Of a DNA stretch of 64,000 bases, positions 41,001 through 51,559 are shown piece by piece (positions within the stretch are counted from its first letter, which is position 1; every line of letters starts with the position of its first letter). Source of the DNA: Flavobacteriales bacterium (lineage in GTDB: Bacteria; Bacteroidota; Bacteroidia; Flavobacteriales_F; PHOS-HE28); assembly GCA_031411095.1 (NCBI GenBank), contig JANOAK010000009.1, positions 12,999 through 76,998 on the forward strand. Direction: 5' to 3'. A program made the translations under genes and the position numbers. The notes under the pieces were generated by a model. The model made no database searches, had not been told where the DNA came from, and was given only the letters and a program-made list of their open reading frames with translations.

Positions 41001-44000
41001 TTGGGCAACACGCTGCAGGGCGTGAAGCTCCAGTTGGGGGCAACGAACAATATGATCGGCGGTACGGTGCCGGGTGCCGGTAACATCATTGCATACAACG
41101 GCGCTCAGGGAGTGGCGCTGTTCTCCTTGACGGACATCGGCAACCGGATCCTCGGGAACTCCATCCATGACAACACCTTGATAGGCATAGACCTGGGCAA
41201 TGATGGTGTCAGTTACAACGACAATGGTGATCCGGACACGGGCCCCAATGGCAGGCAGAACTTCCCTAAGCTTACGAGCGCCACCACCCTTTCGGGCAAC
41301 ACCAGCATCACGGGCACGTTCAACAGCACATCCAACGCTACGTTCCGCATCGAGTATTTCTCGAGCCCGATCGGCGACGGCACGGGGTACGGCGAGGGGA
41401 CAACGTTCCTGGGCACGAATAACATCACGACCAACGCCGGTGGCACGGCCTCCATCAATGTCACGTTCACCGGTGTCACTGTGCCTTCAGGTTATACTGT
41501 ATGCGCCACTGCCACTAACGTCGGCACGAATAACACCAGTGAGTTCTCCGCCTTCGCCGCGGCCCCGACGGACAGCGATAACGATGGGGTCACCGACGAT
41601 GTGGACATCGACGATGACAACGACGGCATCCCCGACGATATCGAGGACCTGGGCTTCGACTCCCGTGGAGGCACGATCGCCTGTACGCAACCGGCGATGG
41701 ACTTCCAAAATCCCGTGTTGGATGCCGGTACAGCGAACACACCGGGGGCCATCTATCGCTTCACGAACGTGCTGCCCGGTATTGATGCACGGCTTTCCAT
41801 CGTGGCCATGAACAACGCCTCCCTAGTGACCGTTGATGATGGTGCGCAAGGCACTCCGGATTCCTGGCAGCCCGTGATCGACTTCACAGGCATCGGCACA
41901 CCAGGCGTCGATTTCAACATGCAGTTCGTTGTCGCTGGTACGACCACACCCCCTGCGACGGTCAGGCGGTTCGGCGGTACGACCTATGATGTGGATGGTG
42001 TGACGGACGTGGAATCATTCCTGTTCACGGCACCCTCTGTATATGCGGTGGATCAACCCACGCTGTTGGCGGCCCAGACCCTGCCGGGCGGCTTGGTGGA
42101 CATCAGTGGTGATGGCACCACGGATGGCGCCGGCATCAGCAGTGATCCACGATACCGGGGCTACTTCCAATATAAGAACACGAACCAGTTCAACTTCCGG
42201 TGTCAATTCAAGCGGACCACGGCGGGCACTACCCAGCGCTACTTAAGCCTGCGTTTCAACGAGTGTTTCCTGAACGACCTCATCAATGTGCAACTGTTCA
42301 TCGTGGATGGCCTGGACACGGATAACGATGGCGTACCGGACTACCTTGATCTGGACAGCGACAACGACGGCATTTACGACGTGGTGGAGGCAGGCTCGGG
42401 CCAGCCGCAGACCAACGGGATATTGAACGGGGGCGTAAGCACTTCGGGCCTGAAGGTCTCCGTGGATGCGAACCTGAACAATGCCATCGACTATACGCTT
42501 CGGGATTCAGATGGTGACAACAATTACGACGGTGTTGAACTGGATTCGGATGGTGACGGCTGTTTTGATGTCACGGAAGCCGGGTTCATCGACCAGAACG
42601 CGGACGGGCGACTGGGCAACGACCCCGTCCTTGTGAACGGAAGGGGGGTCGTCACCTCCGGTTCCGGAGGATACACCACACCTGCTGATGTGAACGCGAA
42701 TTCGGTCTATGACTACCGCGAGGACTCTAGCATCGCCATGAGTTGTCCTGGGAACATCACAGTTACGACCGGAGCGGGCCAGTGCACGGCGAACGTAACG
42801 GTCCCGGCACCACTGGTCACCTCGGCTTGCCGTGGGTATGCCATTGTAAACTCCTTCAATGGTATAAGTGACGCATCCGGTGCCTATCCCATTGGCATAA
42901 CGACGGTGAATTTCATTGTGACCGATGCCACAGGCGGATCCGCGGCCTGCTCGATGACCGTCACCGTGAATGATGTTCAAAGTCCGACCATCAGCTGCCC
43001 TGCCAACGTCAATGTGAACGCTAGCGCTGGACAATGTTCGGCAAGTCCCGTGGCCTTGGGTTCGCCCATCGCCACGTATGGTTGCGATGTGGCCACCATC
43101 ACCAATAACGCCCTTGTGAGCTATCCTGTTGGCACCACTCCCGTTACCTGGACACTGAGCACCGAGGACATTCCCGGTTATCTGGCTCCCGCGCTCATTC
43201 CCTCCTGTGTACCGTCGAATGCATTTCCCGGTCCGGTGAACAGTACCGGCGGTAGCATCACCCTGTCAAGTTCAACGGCCATTTACAACACGGTGGCCAA
43301 CGCGCTTACCACACCCAGCATGAACGGCTCAGCTTCTGCACTCTGCGACGGCATGACCTGTGCCGCCAACGGGGCTACAGCTTCCACATTGACCGTAACT
43401 CCAGGCTTGGGAACCGGTGTTCATGGTGCGTTGAATTTGGGCACCACCATCAGTGCGAACCGGCAGTACACTTCCGTGAACATCCCGAATGATGGACTGC
43501 TCACGGTTAACGGAAACCGCATCATTCGTTGCCAGGGCACGTTCCAGATGGGCACCAACACAACGCTCTCCATCAATGGTGACGTGGTGATCCACGCGAA
43601 TGATTTCAATGCGGACAATGACTTCAACATTAACGTGGTGAGCGGAAGTCTGGTGATCATTTCGGGCAATGACTTCAATGTCGGGAACAGGGCGCGGTTC
43701 ACGGCCCCAACGCCGACCGATCTGCTCGTCCTGTCTGCGGATGACATCTCGATCCAGGTGGATTTCATCGGCAAGGCCATGCTCTATGCAACGGATCGCG
43801 TGCAATTCTGGCCGAACTCCGTTCTGTACGGCGCCATGACCGGCAATAACGTGCAGGTGCTCCCCGATGCCACGGTATTTGGACTCGCATCCGGCTATTA
43901 CTGCCTACCGACCTACCTCGATCCCCCGCAGATCATCAATAACTTCAGTGCTGCTACCAACTCCATCAGTTATCCGGAGAATGCTACGAGCGTTTTGATC

Positions 44001-45233
44001 GACCTTCAGACCGATGACAACCTCAGCAGCGAGGCCAGTGGGTTGACCTATTCGCTCACCGGACCGGATGCTGGCGACTTCGCGATCACCGCGACCACCG
44101 GGGTCCTCAGCTTCGCCGCCACTCCCAACTATGAGGCACCGGCCGATGCCAACCTCGACAACGTATACCAGATAACGGTGACGGTAACGGACATCGATGG
44201 CTTCACGGATGCGCAGGCCTTCACGATCACCGTTACGAACGTGGCCACGCAGACCGGGACTTGCGTCCAGAACATTACGGTCGTGGATGCACAGCCCCCC
44301 ACGATCAGTTGCCCCGCCAACATCACTGTTCCAGCGGCCGCTGGGGCATGCACCGCCACTGTGACGTATGCTGCACCTGTGGGCACGGACAATTGTTCGG
44401 GTTCCACCACGGTGCGGATCGCAGGTCCCGCCAGCGGTAGCGTGTTCCCCCTGGGTACCACCACGATAACGCACCGGGTGACGGACGCAGCGGGCTATAC
44501 CGCGCAGTGTTCCTTCACGGTGACCGTGACCGATACACAGAACCCCACGATCAGCTGCCCGGCGAACATCACGGTGAACGTGGATCCGGGATCGTGCTCG
44601 GCGGTGGTGAACTATGTTGCGCCGGTCGGTACCGACAATTGCTCGGGCGCCACCACGGTGCGCATCGCAGGACCTGCGAGCGGCTCCACATTCGCTCCGG
44701 GTGTTACAACGATCACGCATCGTGTGACCGATGGGGCGGGCAATACGGCCACCTGCAGCTTCACGGTAACGGTGATCGCAGGGAACGATAACGACGCCGA
44801 TGGGCTGTGCGACAATGTGGACCTGGATGATGACAACGACGGATTGCTCGACGTGACGGAAGGGGGTGCAGCGTTGGACACTGACGGTGATGGCGTACCG
44901 AACCGCTTCGACCTGGACAGCGATAACGACGGCATCTACGACTGTGTGGAGTCCGGTTCCGGACAGGCATTCACGGCCGGTGTGTTGAACGGTGGCATCA
45001 CGGCGAATGGCATCCCGGTATCGGTGGATGCGAATGCGAACAACGTGGTGGACTACACGATCCGCGACAGCGATGGGGACGGCACGATCGACAGCTTGGA
45101 ACTGGACGCCGATGCGGACGGTTGCAATGATGTGATCGAAGCCGGATACACCGACGCGAACAGCGATGGTCGACTGGGTCCCGCACCGCTTACGGTGAAC
45201 GCCCGGGGTGTAGTGACATCCGGGGGGCCTTGA
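38049..45233 (+). CDS. Giant modular surface protein 1. Modules: variable head; SdrD-B-like; parallel beta-helix; TSP3-like Ca module A; HYR and cadherin-like domains; TSP3-like C-terminal module B. No T9SS CTD.
   Basis: ORF 37923..45233; signal-peptide-like start at 38049/38073. Motifs: YEDVNYGGGIGRD (SdrD B), [10 protein letters not shown] beta-helix turns, DxDxDG Ca loops, ISCPANITV...[12 protein letters not shown] units. Confidence 0.8.
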   Translation: MNTFGPAFMYALLKPNHPRSQRWIAGLIVLLMGQVDLKAAPALVQSNTAVNGGNSSSITATYTSTPTAGNLLIAIVGNKDVLTLGALPAGWTKGVADENRSPGLVILYKIAGVAEPSDVTINYSGSTRLGLQIFEYSGIPGATLRQFVETSGSGTSLATGTVTSTTADELIITGFTIDVGTTFTGWSNSFTERTDVNNGGAPAFAASYALADRVATVPGSYQTTATVGSSGAWLGMIARFSSTPNQACLWLSSKTNAAVPPLNGGISWTDGEVVQLSDPNLSLVEPGTSNGTFSTIGDIDDLAGANEDIVAMHYVTRPVTVGTGSNAIALQIGDVLFSLADDATFSGLLVQKEDVALFRPTVPGNYSAGSVSMLLDNMNGREINAIAVVERACTVGTQALNAGDVLASFSGDPFDKNIHRCVISAAGAGVTSATVTTLLEGSDMGFGGAHIAGLSLVCETTYIGGIVLNPGAVLLSLESSDAGLGTNNLPVDKYDIFALNVSVAEPGVSTATAIRIFEGADAGIFSGGEEFDAISLVTSRSITGTVYEDVNYGGGIGRDRSTALANGGTRRANARVELYNASGSFLSFTNTDAMGQYEFSALPAGTYTVRVVNSTVSSARAGYVANTHLAVQTYRTNASTGAVVAVTDRVGGEVPGKVDAGNGSTTLAALTTASTTAQSVTTVAVGATEVTNVDFGYSYNVVVNKNDAGQGSLRQVMTNMNALSNAGLAIQGRTAGIDHGVFMLADGVARPGLTVTYATMFVSGAATIVPLTPMPSITTPMLLDATTHPLFSTAPIIEINGTSAGATTDGFTLAAGSTGSTVKGFVINRFLGDGIQVNAGGNLIQGNYIGVNVAGTAASANTLTGVNIAACANNVIGGTAAGHGNTIAGNGGAEISISGAASTGNLVQGNNIGTRYNATSVIASAGQGILLANTASNNSIGGTVAGAGNVIGGNAQAGIEIKDAGTSNNTVAGNYIGTNASDAGLGNTLQGVKLQLGATNNMIGGTVPGAGNIIAYNGAQGVALFSLTDIGNRILGNSIHDNTLIGIDLGNDGVSYNDNGDPDTGPNGRQNFPKLTSATTLSGNTSITGTFNSTSNATFRIEYFSSPIGDGTGYGEGTTFLGTNNITTNAGGTASINVTFTGVTVPSGYTVCATATNVGTNNTSEFSAFAAAPTDSDNDGVTDDVDIDDDNDGIPDDIEDLGFDSRGGTIACTQPAMDFQNPVLDAGTANTPGAIYRFTNVLPGIDARLSIVAMNNASLVTVDDGAQGTPDSWQPVIDFTGIGTPGVDFNMQFVVAGTTTPPATVRRFGGTTYDVDGVTDVESFLFTAPSVYAVDQPTLLAAQTLPGGLVDISGDGTTDGAGISSDPRYRGYFQYKNTNQFNFRCQFKRTTAGTTQRYLSLRFNECFLNDLINVQLFIVDGLDTDNDGVPDYLDLDSDNDGIYDVVEAGSGQPQTNGILNGGVSTSGLKVSVDANLNNAIDYTLRDSDGDNNYDGVELDSDGDGCFDVTEAGFIDQNADGRLGNDPVLVNGRGVVTSGSGGYTTPADVNANSVYDYREDSSIAMSCPGNITVTTGAGQCTANVTVPAPLVTSACRGYAIVNSFNGISDASGAYPIGITTVNFIVTDATGGSAACSMTVTVNDVQSPTISCPANVNVNASAGQCSASPVALGSPIATYGCDVATITNNALVSYPVGTTPVTWTLSTEDIPGYLAPALIPSCVPSNAFPGPVNSTGGSITLSSSTAIYNTVANALTTPSMNGSASALCDGMTCAANGATASTLTVTPGLGTGVHGALNLGTTISANRQYTSVNIPNDGLLTVNGNRIIRCQGTFQMGTNTTLSINGDVVIHANDFNADNDFNINVVSGSLVIISGNDFNVGNRARFTAPTPTDLLVLSADDISIQVDFIGKAMLYATDRVQFWPNSVLYGAMTGNNVQVLPDATVFGLASGYYCLPTYLDPPQIINNFSAATNSISYPENATSVLIDLQTDDNLSSEASGLTYSLTGPDAGDFAITATTGVLSFAATPNYEAPADANLDNVYQITVTVTDIDGFTDAQAFTITVTNVATQTGTCVQNITVVDAQPPTISCPANITVPAAAGACTATVTYAAPVGTDNCSGSTTVRIAGPASGSVFPLGTTTITHRVTDAAGYTAQCSFTVTVTDTQNPTISCPANITVNVDPGSCSAVVNYVAPVGTDNCSGATTVRIAGPASGSTFAPGVTTITHRVTDGAGNTATCSFTVTVIAGNDNDADGLCDNVDLDDDNDGLLDVTEGGAALDTDGDGVPNRFDLDSDNDGIYDCVESGSGQAFTAGVLNGGITANGIPVSVDANANNVVDYTIRDSDGDGTIDSLELDADADGCNDVIEAGYTDANSDGRLGPAPLTVNARGVVTSGGP
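39660..42760. repeat. About 3.1-kb segmental duplication copy 1 (paired with 46860..49960), about 85-90% nt identity
   Basis: e.g. 40141 GCTACAATGTGGTGGTGAACAAGAACGATGCGGGCCAGGG vs 47338 GCTACAACGTGGTGGTGAACAAGAACGATGCGGGCCAGGG; collinear over SdrD-B/beta-helix/TSP3 region. Confidence 0.7.
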
Positions 45234-45518
45234 GCATCAGTTCCTTGCCCGCTCGATCCGAACGCCACAGTCACAAAGGATACTTTACGTCAAACGCTAG
45301 AGCGCCAGACGGTTAGTGGCGATAGGGCATGAATGATGGTCGGGTTGGCGCAGGATGGCCCCCTTGATCCGATCGTCGTTCGGATGGCCAAGAGCCATTC
45401 GTCGGCCGAACCAATTGCCTCGTCGATAGGTACAAGGGTCCGGAACTGACCTCCGACCTACGGTATGTACACCGGCGACCGCATCGTATCCACCTTCAAG
45501 CATGCCCTGCATCATCAC

Positions 45519-48500
45519 ATGATGGTCACGGGCATCCTCCGCTTTATCGGGGTGATGATGCTGTCCTTCAGCTTGACCCATTCGGATGGTCAGGCTCCCG
45601 TCCTGGATCCTTCCAAGAGCCCGACGCTCGCGGCAGTGAATGAGGATGCAGGCGCGCCAGTGGGAGCTGTGGGCACGCTCGTTTCGAGCCTTGTCGATCC
45701 CACGGTCCCATCGGGCCAGTTGGATAACGTAGCGGATCCGGATCCCGGAGCCTTATTGGGCATCGCCGTGATGGGTGCCAATACGAGCAACGGCACCTGG
45801 CATTATTCCATCAACGGTGGAACGAACTGGTTGCCCTTGGGCGTTGTGAGCGATGCGAATGCCCGACTATTGGCCGCAGACCTGAACACACGGCTGTACT
45901 TCCAGCCCAACGCGAATTACAATGGTACACTGGCCAATGCCATCACCTTCCGCGCATGGGATCAGACGGCTGGCACGAACGGCGGCCTTATGGCCGTGCC
46001 GGGCGGTGCATTGACCATTCTCGATGATTGTGACGTGTCGTCATACAGCAACAACGACGGCTCTCAGAACTGGGCCGGTGATTGGGCGGAGAATGACAAT
46101 GGTGGAGGTGGGTTCAGCGGTGGGGACATCGATCTGCCTGCACCTTTCTTGCGATTCAGGCCGAGCCAGGTCGGTGAATGGCTTTATCGCGAAGCGGACC
46201 TGCAAGGGGCGACCAGTGCGACACTTTCATTTGACCTGATCTACAATATCATTAATCCGGGTGGTCAAGTACAGGTGCAGATCTCCGACAATGGAGGTTC
46301 CACCTATACCACATTGTCCACCATTACGAATGCCACGCCGTTGGGCGTCCTGAGCTACAACATCACCGCCTTCGCATCGTCGAATACGCGTTTCAGGTTG
46401 TACGCTTCAGCGGCCAGTATTAACGGGATCCGCCTGGACTATGTGCGCGTCGATCTCACCAGGACGGGCGGATCCGCATCAGCCTTCTCTTCGTCAACAG
46501 ATGTGGCCGGTATGGTCGTGGGTCCGGTCGCCGACACCCCCTCCATCACCAATGCGAGCACGAACGAGGACACGCAGACCACCAGCGGCCTGGTGATCTC
46601 GCGGAACATCGTGGACGGTGCGGAGGTGACGCATTTCAAGATCACGGGCATCACCAACGGAACGTTGTTCCTGAATGATGGCGTAACGCCGGTCACCAAC
46701 GGCACCTTCGTCACCTTCGCCCAAGGCAATGCGGGATTGCGTTTTACCCCTGCGTACAACTTCAGCGGGAATGGCAGTTCCACCATCCAGGCCTCCGTAT
46801 CGAATGTCGACGCCGGGCTCGGTGGAAGCACGGCTACCGCTACCATCACCGTGACAGGTCAACCCGATCTGCAGGGCATCGTTTTCGAGGATATGAACTA
46901 TGGTGGAGGATCCGGACGGGATCGGGCCACGGCGATCGGCGGTGGCGGTTCGGTACGGCAGAACGCGCGGGTAGAACTGTACAATGCCACCGGTAACTTC
47001 ATTTCGTCAACATTGACCGATGCCAGTGGACTCTATACGTTCGACCTTCTGACGATCGGCACATACACGGTGCGCGTGGTGAACAGCACCGTGAGCAGTG
47101 CGCGGGCGGGCTTTGTGGCCAATACGCACCTGGCTGTGCAGACCTATCGCACCAGTGCGAACACAGGCTCGGTGGTGGCGGTATCGGATCACGTAGGAGG
47201 TGAAGTGCCTGGGAAGGCTGACGCGGGCAATGGCAGCACCACGCTTGGCGCACTGACCACGGCCACGACCACGGCCCAGAGCATCACCTCCGTGAACTTG
47301 GGCACTGCGAACGTGACCAACGTCGACTTCGGTTTCAGCTACAACGTGGTGGTGAACAAGAACGATGCGGGCCAGGGTTCGCTTCGTCAGGTGATGACGA
47401 ACATGAACGCGTTGAGCAATGCGGGCCTGGCCATCCAAGGGCGCACGGCAGGCATCGATCACGGTGTCTTCATGCTGGCAGATGGCGTAGCGCGTCCGGG
47501 CCTCACGGTGACGTATGCGACCATGTTCGTATCTGGAGCGGCGACCATCGTGCCGCTCACGCCGCTGCCCTCGATCAGCACACCGATGGTGCTGGATGCG
47601 ACCACGCATCCCCTGTTCAGCTCAACTCCCATTCTGGAGATCAACGGGGCCAGCGCCGGTGCGGCCACGGACGGGTTTACCTTGGCGGCGGGCAGCACGG
47701 GCAGCACCATCAAGGGCTTTGTGATCAACCGCTTCCTGGGCGATGGCATCCAGGTGAACGCCGGAGGCAGCTTCATCCAGGGGAACTACATCGGAGTGAA
47801 CGTGGCGGGATCGGCGGCATTGGCCAATGCGCTCACGGGAGTCAACATCAACAACGTGGGAACCACCACGATCGGAGGCGCGGCCGCGGGCCAGGGCAAC
47901 ACCATTGCGGGCAACGGGGGTGCTGAGGTACAGATCAACGGTGCCTCGGCTCTGAACAACACGGTGCAGGGCAACATGATCGGCGTGCGTTTCAACGGCA
48001 CCACGGTGATCCCCAGTGCGGGTTCCGGCGTGGTCGTGAGCGGCGGGGCCGACGGCACCCTGATCGGTGGGAACGTCGCCGGTGCCGGGAACATCATCGG
48101 GGGCAATGCCCTTACGGGGGTGGACATCAGGGATGCAGGTACAACGACCACGACCGTGTCGGGGAACCACATCGGAACGAACGCCTCGGATGCTGACCTC
48201 GGCAACACTCAGCAGGGCGTGAAGTTCTCGAACGGGACCACGGCGAATGTGATCGGAGGGACCTTAGCCGGCAGCGGGAACACGATCGCATGGAACGACA
48301 TGCAGGGGATCGCTTCCATCACGGGCACAGACGCCGGCAATCGGTTCCTGGGGAACTCCATCCATGACAACAGCTTGTTGGGGATCGACCTGAACAACGA
48401 TGGGGTGACATACAATGATCCCGGAGATGCGGATACGGGCCCCAACGCCAAGCAGAACTTTCCCAAGCTCACAGGAGCGAACACGGTCGGTGGCAACACG

Positions 48501-51356
48501 ACGATCACCGGCACCTTCAACAGCACATCGAACACCACCTACCGCATCGAGTACTTCTCCAGCCCGATCGGAGATGGCTCCGGATATGGCGAAGGCACGG
48601 CGTTCCTGGGCACGAACAACATCACGACCAACGGAAGTGGGAACGCCACGATAAACGTGACCTTTCCGGTCACTGTGCCCTCGGGACATGCGGTGTGCGC
48701 GACCGCGACGAACCTGACGACCAACAACACGAGCGAGTTCTCGGCCTTTGCCCAGGCACCCACCGACAGCGACGTTGATGGTGTAACGGATGACATCGAC
48801 ATCGACGACGACAACGACGGGATCCCGGACGACATCGAGGACCTGGGCTTCGACTCGCGTGGGGGCACGATGGCCTGCACGCAGCCGGCGATGAACTTCC
48901 AGAACCCGGTGCTGGATGCCGGCACGGCCAACACACCCGGTGCGGTGTACCGCTTCTCGAACGTGATCCCGGGGATCGACGCCCGCCTCAGCATCACAGC
49001 CATGTCCAACGCATCGATCGTGACGGTGGATGATGCCGCGCTGGGTACCCCCGACTCGTGGCAACCGGTGATCGACTTCACGGGCATCGGCACGCCAGGG
49101 ATAGACTTCAACATGAGCTTCGTGCTTGCCGGCACTACCACGCCAGCCGCAGGGATCACGCGCTTTGGCGGAACGACCTATGATGTGGACGGAACGGGCG
49201 AGGTGGAATCATTCCTGTTCACCGCGCCCTCAGTGTATGCGGTGGACCAACCATCGCTACTAGTGTATCAGACGCTTCCGGGCGGCTTGGTGGATATCAG
49301 CGGCGATGGTACAACGGATGGTCCCGGCATCAGTGGCGATCCGCGCTATCGGGCCTATTTCCAATACAAGAACACCAACCAGTTCAACTTCCGCTGCCAG
49401 TACAAACGGACCACCACTGGCACCACACAACGCTACCTGAGCCTTCGCTTCAATGAATGCTTCCTGAACGACCTGGTGAACGTGCAACTCTATATCGTGG
49501 ATGGCCTTGATACGGATGGCGACGGTGTGCCTGATTACCTGGATGTGGACAGCGATAATGATGGCATCTACGATGTGGTGGAGGCGGGCTCGGGCCAGCC
49601 GCAGACCAACGGCGTGTTGAACGGGGGCGTTACCACATCAGGATTGAAGGTCTCCGTGGATGCGAACCTGAACAATGCCATCGACTACACCCTGCGCGAT
49701 TCCGACGGTGATAACACCTACGACGGGGTGGAGCTGGATAGCGACAACGACGGCTGCCGGGACGTGTGGGAAGCGGGCTTCACCGACAACAACGGAGACG
49801 GCCTCCTCGGCAACATGCCGTTGATCGCCAACAACAGCGGCAAGGTCACCACCGGAACGGATGGTTACACCACACCTGCTGACCAGAACTCGAATGGTGT
49901 ATATGACCATCGCGAGGTATTTGCGATGAGCATGACCTGTCCGGCGAACATCAGCATACCCGCAGGTGCCGGTGTATGCACGGCGGCCGTCACGGTTCCG
50001 GCACCCACGGTGTTCGGTGCTTGTGGTGGGTTCACCCTCACCAACAGCTTCAACGCCACGGCCAATGCCTCCGGCACCTATCCCAAAGGCGCCACCACGG
50101 TGACCTTCACAGCCACGGATCTCATGGGGAACACGTTGACGTGTTCAATGACGGTGACGGTGAACGACACGCAATTGCCGCAGATCACCTGCCCGGCGAA
50201 CATCGCCGTGAACAATGACCCAAGTGTTTGTGGGGCAGCGGTGACCTATGTCGCTCCCGTTGGCACGGACAATTGCTCGGGCGCCACCACGGTACGGATC
50301 GCCGGTCCGGCCAGTGGTAGCGTGTTCCCGGTTGGAACCACAACGGTCACACATCGCGTTACCGACGGCAATGGAAGCACAGCGCAATGCTCCTTCACCG
50401 TAACAGTGAGCGACACCCAGCTGCCGCAGATCACATGCCCGGCGAACATTGTGATGAACAATGATCCAGGAGTGTGTGGTGCAGCGGTCACCTACGCGGC
50501 CCCTGTAGGCACGGACAATTGTCCGGGCGCAGCCACGGTACGCATCGCAGGGCCCGCCAGCGGCAGCGTGTTCCCGGTGGGCACCACCACGGTCACACAT
50601 CGCGTAACGGACGGCAGCGGTAATTCAGCACAGTGCTCCTTCACGGTCACGGTGAACGACGTTCAGAACCCCTCCATCTCGTGCCCGGCGAACATCGCCG
50701 TGGGCAGCAGCCCTGGCATCTGCGGGGCCGTGGTAAGCTATGTGGCACCGGTAGGGACGGACAATTGCGCGGGCATCGCCACCGTGCGGATAGCGGGTTT
50801 GGCCAGTGGCGCCACCTTCCCGCCCGGTACCACAACGGTCACTTATCGCGCCTCAGATGCTTCGGGCAACACGGCGCAATGCAGCTTTACGGTCACGGTG
50901 ACGGCCGCGGACAACGATGGCGATGGCGTGTGCGACAATGTGGACCTGGACAACGACAACGACGGAATATCGGATGCGGCGGAAGGTGGGGCAGCGTTGG
51001 ACACGGATGGCGATGGTGTACCGAACCGCTTCGACCTGGACAGTGATAACGACGGCATCTATGATTGCGTGGAGTCGGGATCGGCTCAACCGTTCACGGC
51101 CGGTGTGCTGAACGGTGCCGTCATCGCGAACGGGATTCCAGTATCGGTGGATGCCAACGCGAACAACGTGGTGGACTACACGATCAACGACAGCGATAGC
51201 GACGGAACGATCGACAGCCAGGAATTGGATGCGGATAATGACGGCTGCACGGATGTGATCGAGGCCGGCTTCATGGACACAAATGGCGACGGTGTGCCTG
51301 GCAACGCGCCGGTGACGGTGAATGGGAATGGGCTGGTGACCAGTCTCACCCCTTGA
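45519..51356 (+). CDS. Giant modular surface protein 2. Same core as protein 1 with a different head. Module order: SdrD-B-like; beta-helix; TSP3-like module A; 3 HYR; TSP3-like module B. No T9SS CTD.
   Basis: ORF 45465..51356; signal [19 protein letters not shown] at 45519; shares module order with gene 1. Confidence 0.8.
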   Translation: MMVTGILRFIGVMMLSFSLTHSDGQAPVLDPSKSPTLAAVNEDAGAPVGAVGTLVSSLVDPTVPSGQLDNVADPDPGALLGIAVMGANTSNGTWHYSINGGTNWLPLGVVSDANARLLAADLNTRLYFQPNANYNGTLANAITFRAWDQTAGTNGGLMAVPGGALTILDDCDVSSYSNNDGSQNWAGDWAENDNGGGGFSGGDIDLPAPFLRFRPSQVGEWLYREADLQGATSATLSFDLIYNIINPGGQVQVQISDNGGSTYTTLSTITNATPLGVLSYNITAFASSNTRFRLYASAASINGIRLDYVRVDLTRTGGSASAFSSSTDVAGMVVGPVADTPSITNASTNEDTQTTSGLVISRNIVDGAEVTHFKITGITNGTLFLNDGVTPVTNGTFVTFAQGNAGLRFTPAYNFSGNGSSTIQASVSNVDAGLGGSTATATITVTGQPDLQGIVFEDMNYGGGSGRDRATAIGGGGSVRQNARVELYNATGNFISSTLTDASGLYTFDLLTIGTYTVRVVNSTVSSARAGFVANTHLAVQTYRTSANTGSVVAVSDHVGGEVPGKADAGNGSTTLGALTTATTTAQSITSVNLGTANVTNVDFGFSYNVVVNKNDAGQGSLRQVMTNMNALSNAGLAIQGRTAGIDHGVFMLADGVARPGLTVTYATMFVSGAATIVPLTPLPSISTPMVLDATTHPLFSSTPILEINGASAGAATDGFTLAAGSTGSTIKGFVINRFLGDGIQVNAGGSFIQGNYIGVNVAGSAALANALTGVNINNVGTTTIGGAAAGQGNTIAGNGGAEVQINGASALNNTVQGNMIGVRFNGTTVIPSAGSGVVVSGGADGTLIGGNVAGAGNIIGGNALTGVDIRDAGTTTTTVSGNHIGTNASDADLGNTQQGVKFSNGTTANVIGGTLAGSGNTIAWNDMQGIASITGTDAGNRFLGNSIHDNSLLGIDLNNDGVTYNDPGDADTGPNAKQNFPKLTGANTVGGNTTITGTFNSTSNTTYRIEYFSSPIGDGSGYGEGTAFLGTNNITTNGSGNATINVTFPVTVPSGHAVCATATNLTTNNTSEFSAFAQAPTDSDVDGVTDDIDIDDDNDGIPDDIEDLGFDSRGGTMACTQPAMNFQNPVLDAGTANTPGAVYRFSNVIPGIDARLSITAMSNASIVTVDDAALGTPDSWQPVIDFTGIGTPGIDFNMSFVLAGTTTPAAGITRFGGTTYDVDGTGEVESFLFTAPSVYAVDQPSLLVYQTLPGGLVDISGDGTTDGPGISGDPRYRAYFQYKNTNQFNFRCQYKRTTTGTTQRYLSLRFNECFLNDLVNVQLYIVDGLDTDGDGVPDYLDVDSDNDGIYDVVEAGSGQPQTNGVLNGGVTTSGLKVSVDANLNNAIDYTLRDSDGDNTYDGVELDSDNDGCRDVWEAGFTDNNGDGLLGNMPLIANNSGKVTTGTDGYTTPADQNSNGVYDHREVFAMSMTCPANISIPAGAGVCTAAVTVPAPTVFGACGGFTLTNSFNATANASGTYPKGATTVTFTATDLMGNTLTCSMTVTVNDTQLPQITCPANIAVNNDPSVCGAAVTYVAPVGTDNCSGATTVRIAGPASGSVFPVGTTTVTHRVTDGNGSTAQCSFTVTVSDTQLPQITCPANIVMNNDPGVCGAAVTYAAPVGTDNCPGAATVRIAGPASGSVFPVGTTTVTHRVTDGSGNSAQCSFTVTVNDVQNPSISCPANIAVGSSPGICGAVVSYVAPVGTDNCAGIATVRIAGLASGATFPPGTTTVTYRASDASGNTAQCSFTVTVTAADNDGDGVCDNVDLDNDNDGISDAAEGGAALDTDGDGVPNRFDLDSDNDGIYDCVESGSAQPFTAGVLNGAVIANGIPVSVDANANNVVDYTINDSDSDGTIDSQELDADNDGCTDVIEAGFMDTNGDGVPGNAPVTVNGNGLVTSLTP
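46860..49960. repeat. About 3.1-kb segmental duplication copy 2
   Basis: See copy 1. Confidence 0.7.
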
Positions 51357-51559
51357 GTGCTGCGGTTGGTGATCGGTATGCGTTGACCGATGATAGGGCT
51401 GGTGGACCGGCCGGATTGGAACAACCAAGGCCAGGAACATACGTAAGAGCCTATCATATGTCGGGCTCCCCCTTGGCTATTGATATGGCACGAAGCCGGC
51501 GACGCAGCAGCTCACCTGCGTCGCTCCCTATGATTTTGAACAGGGGATCGCCCCTGAAC

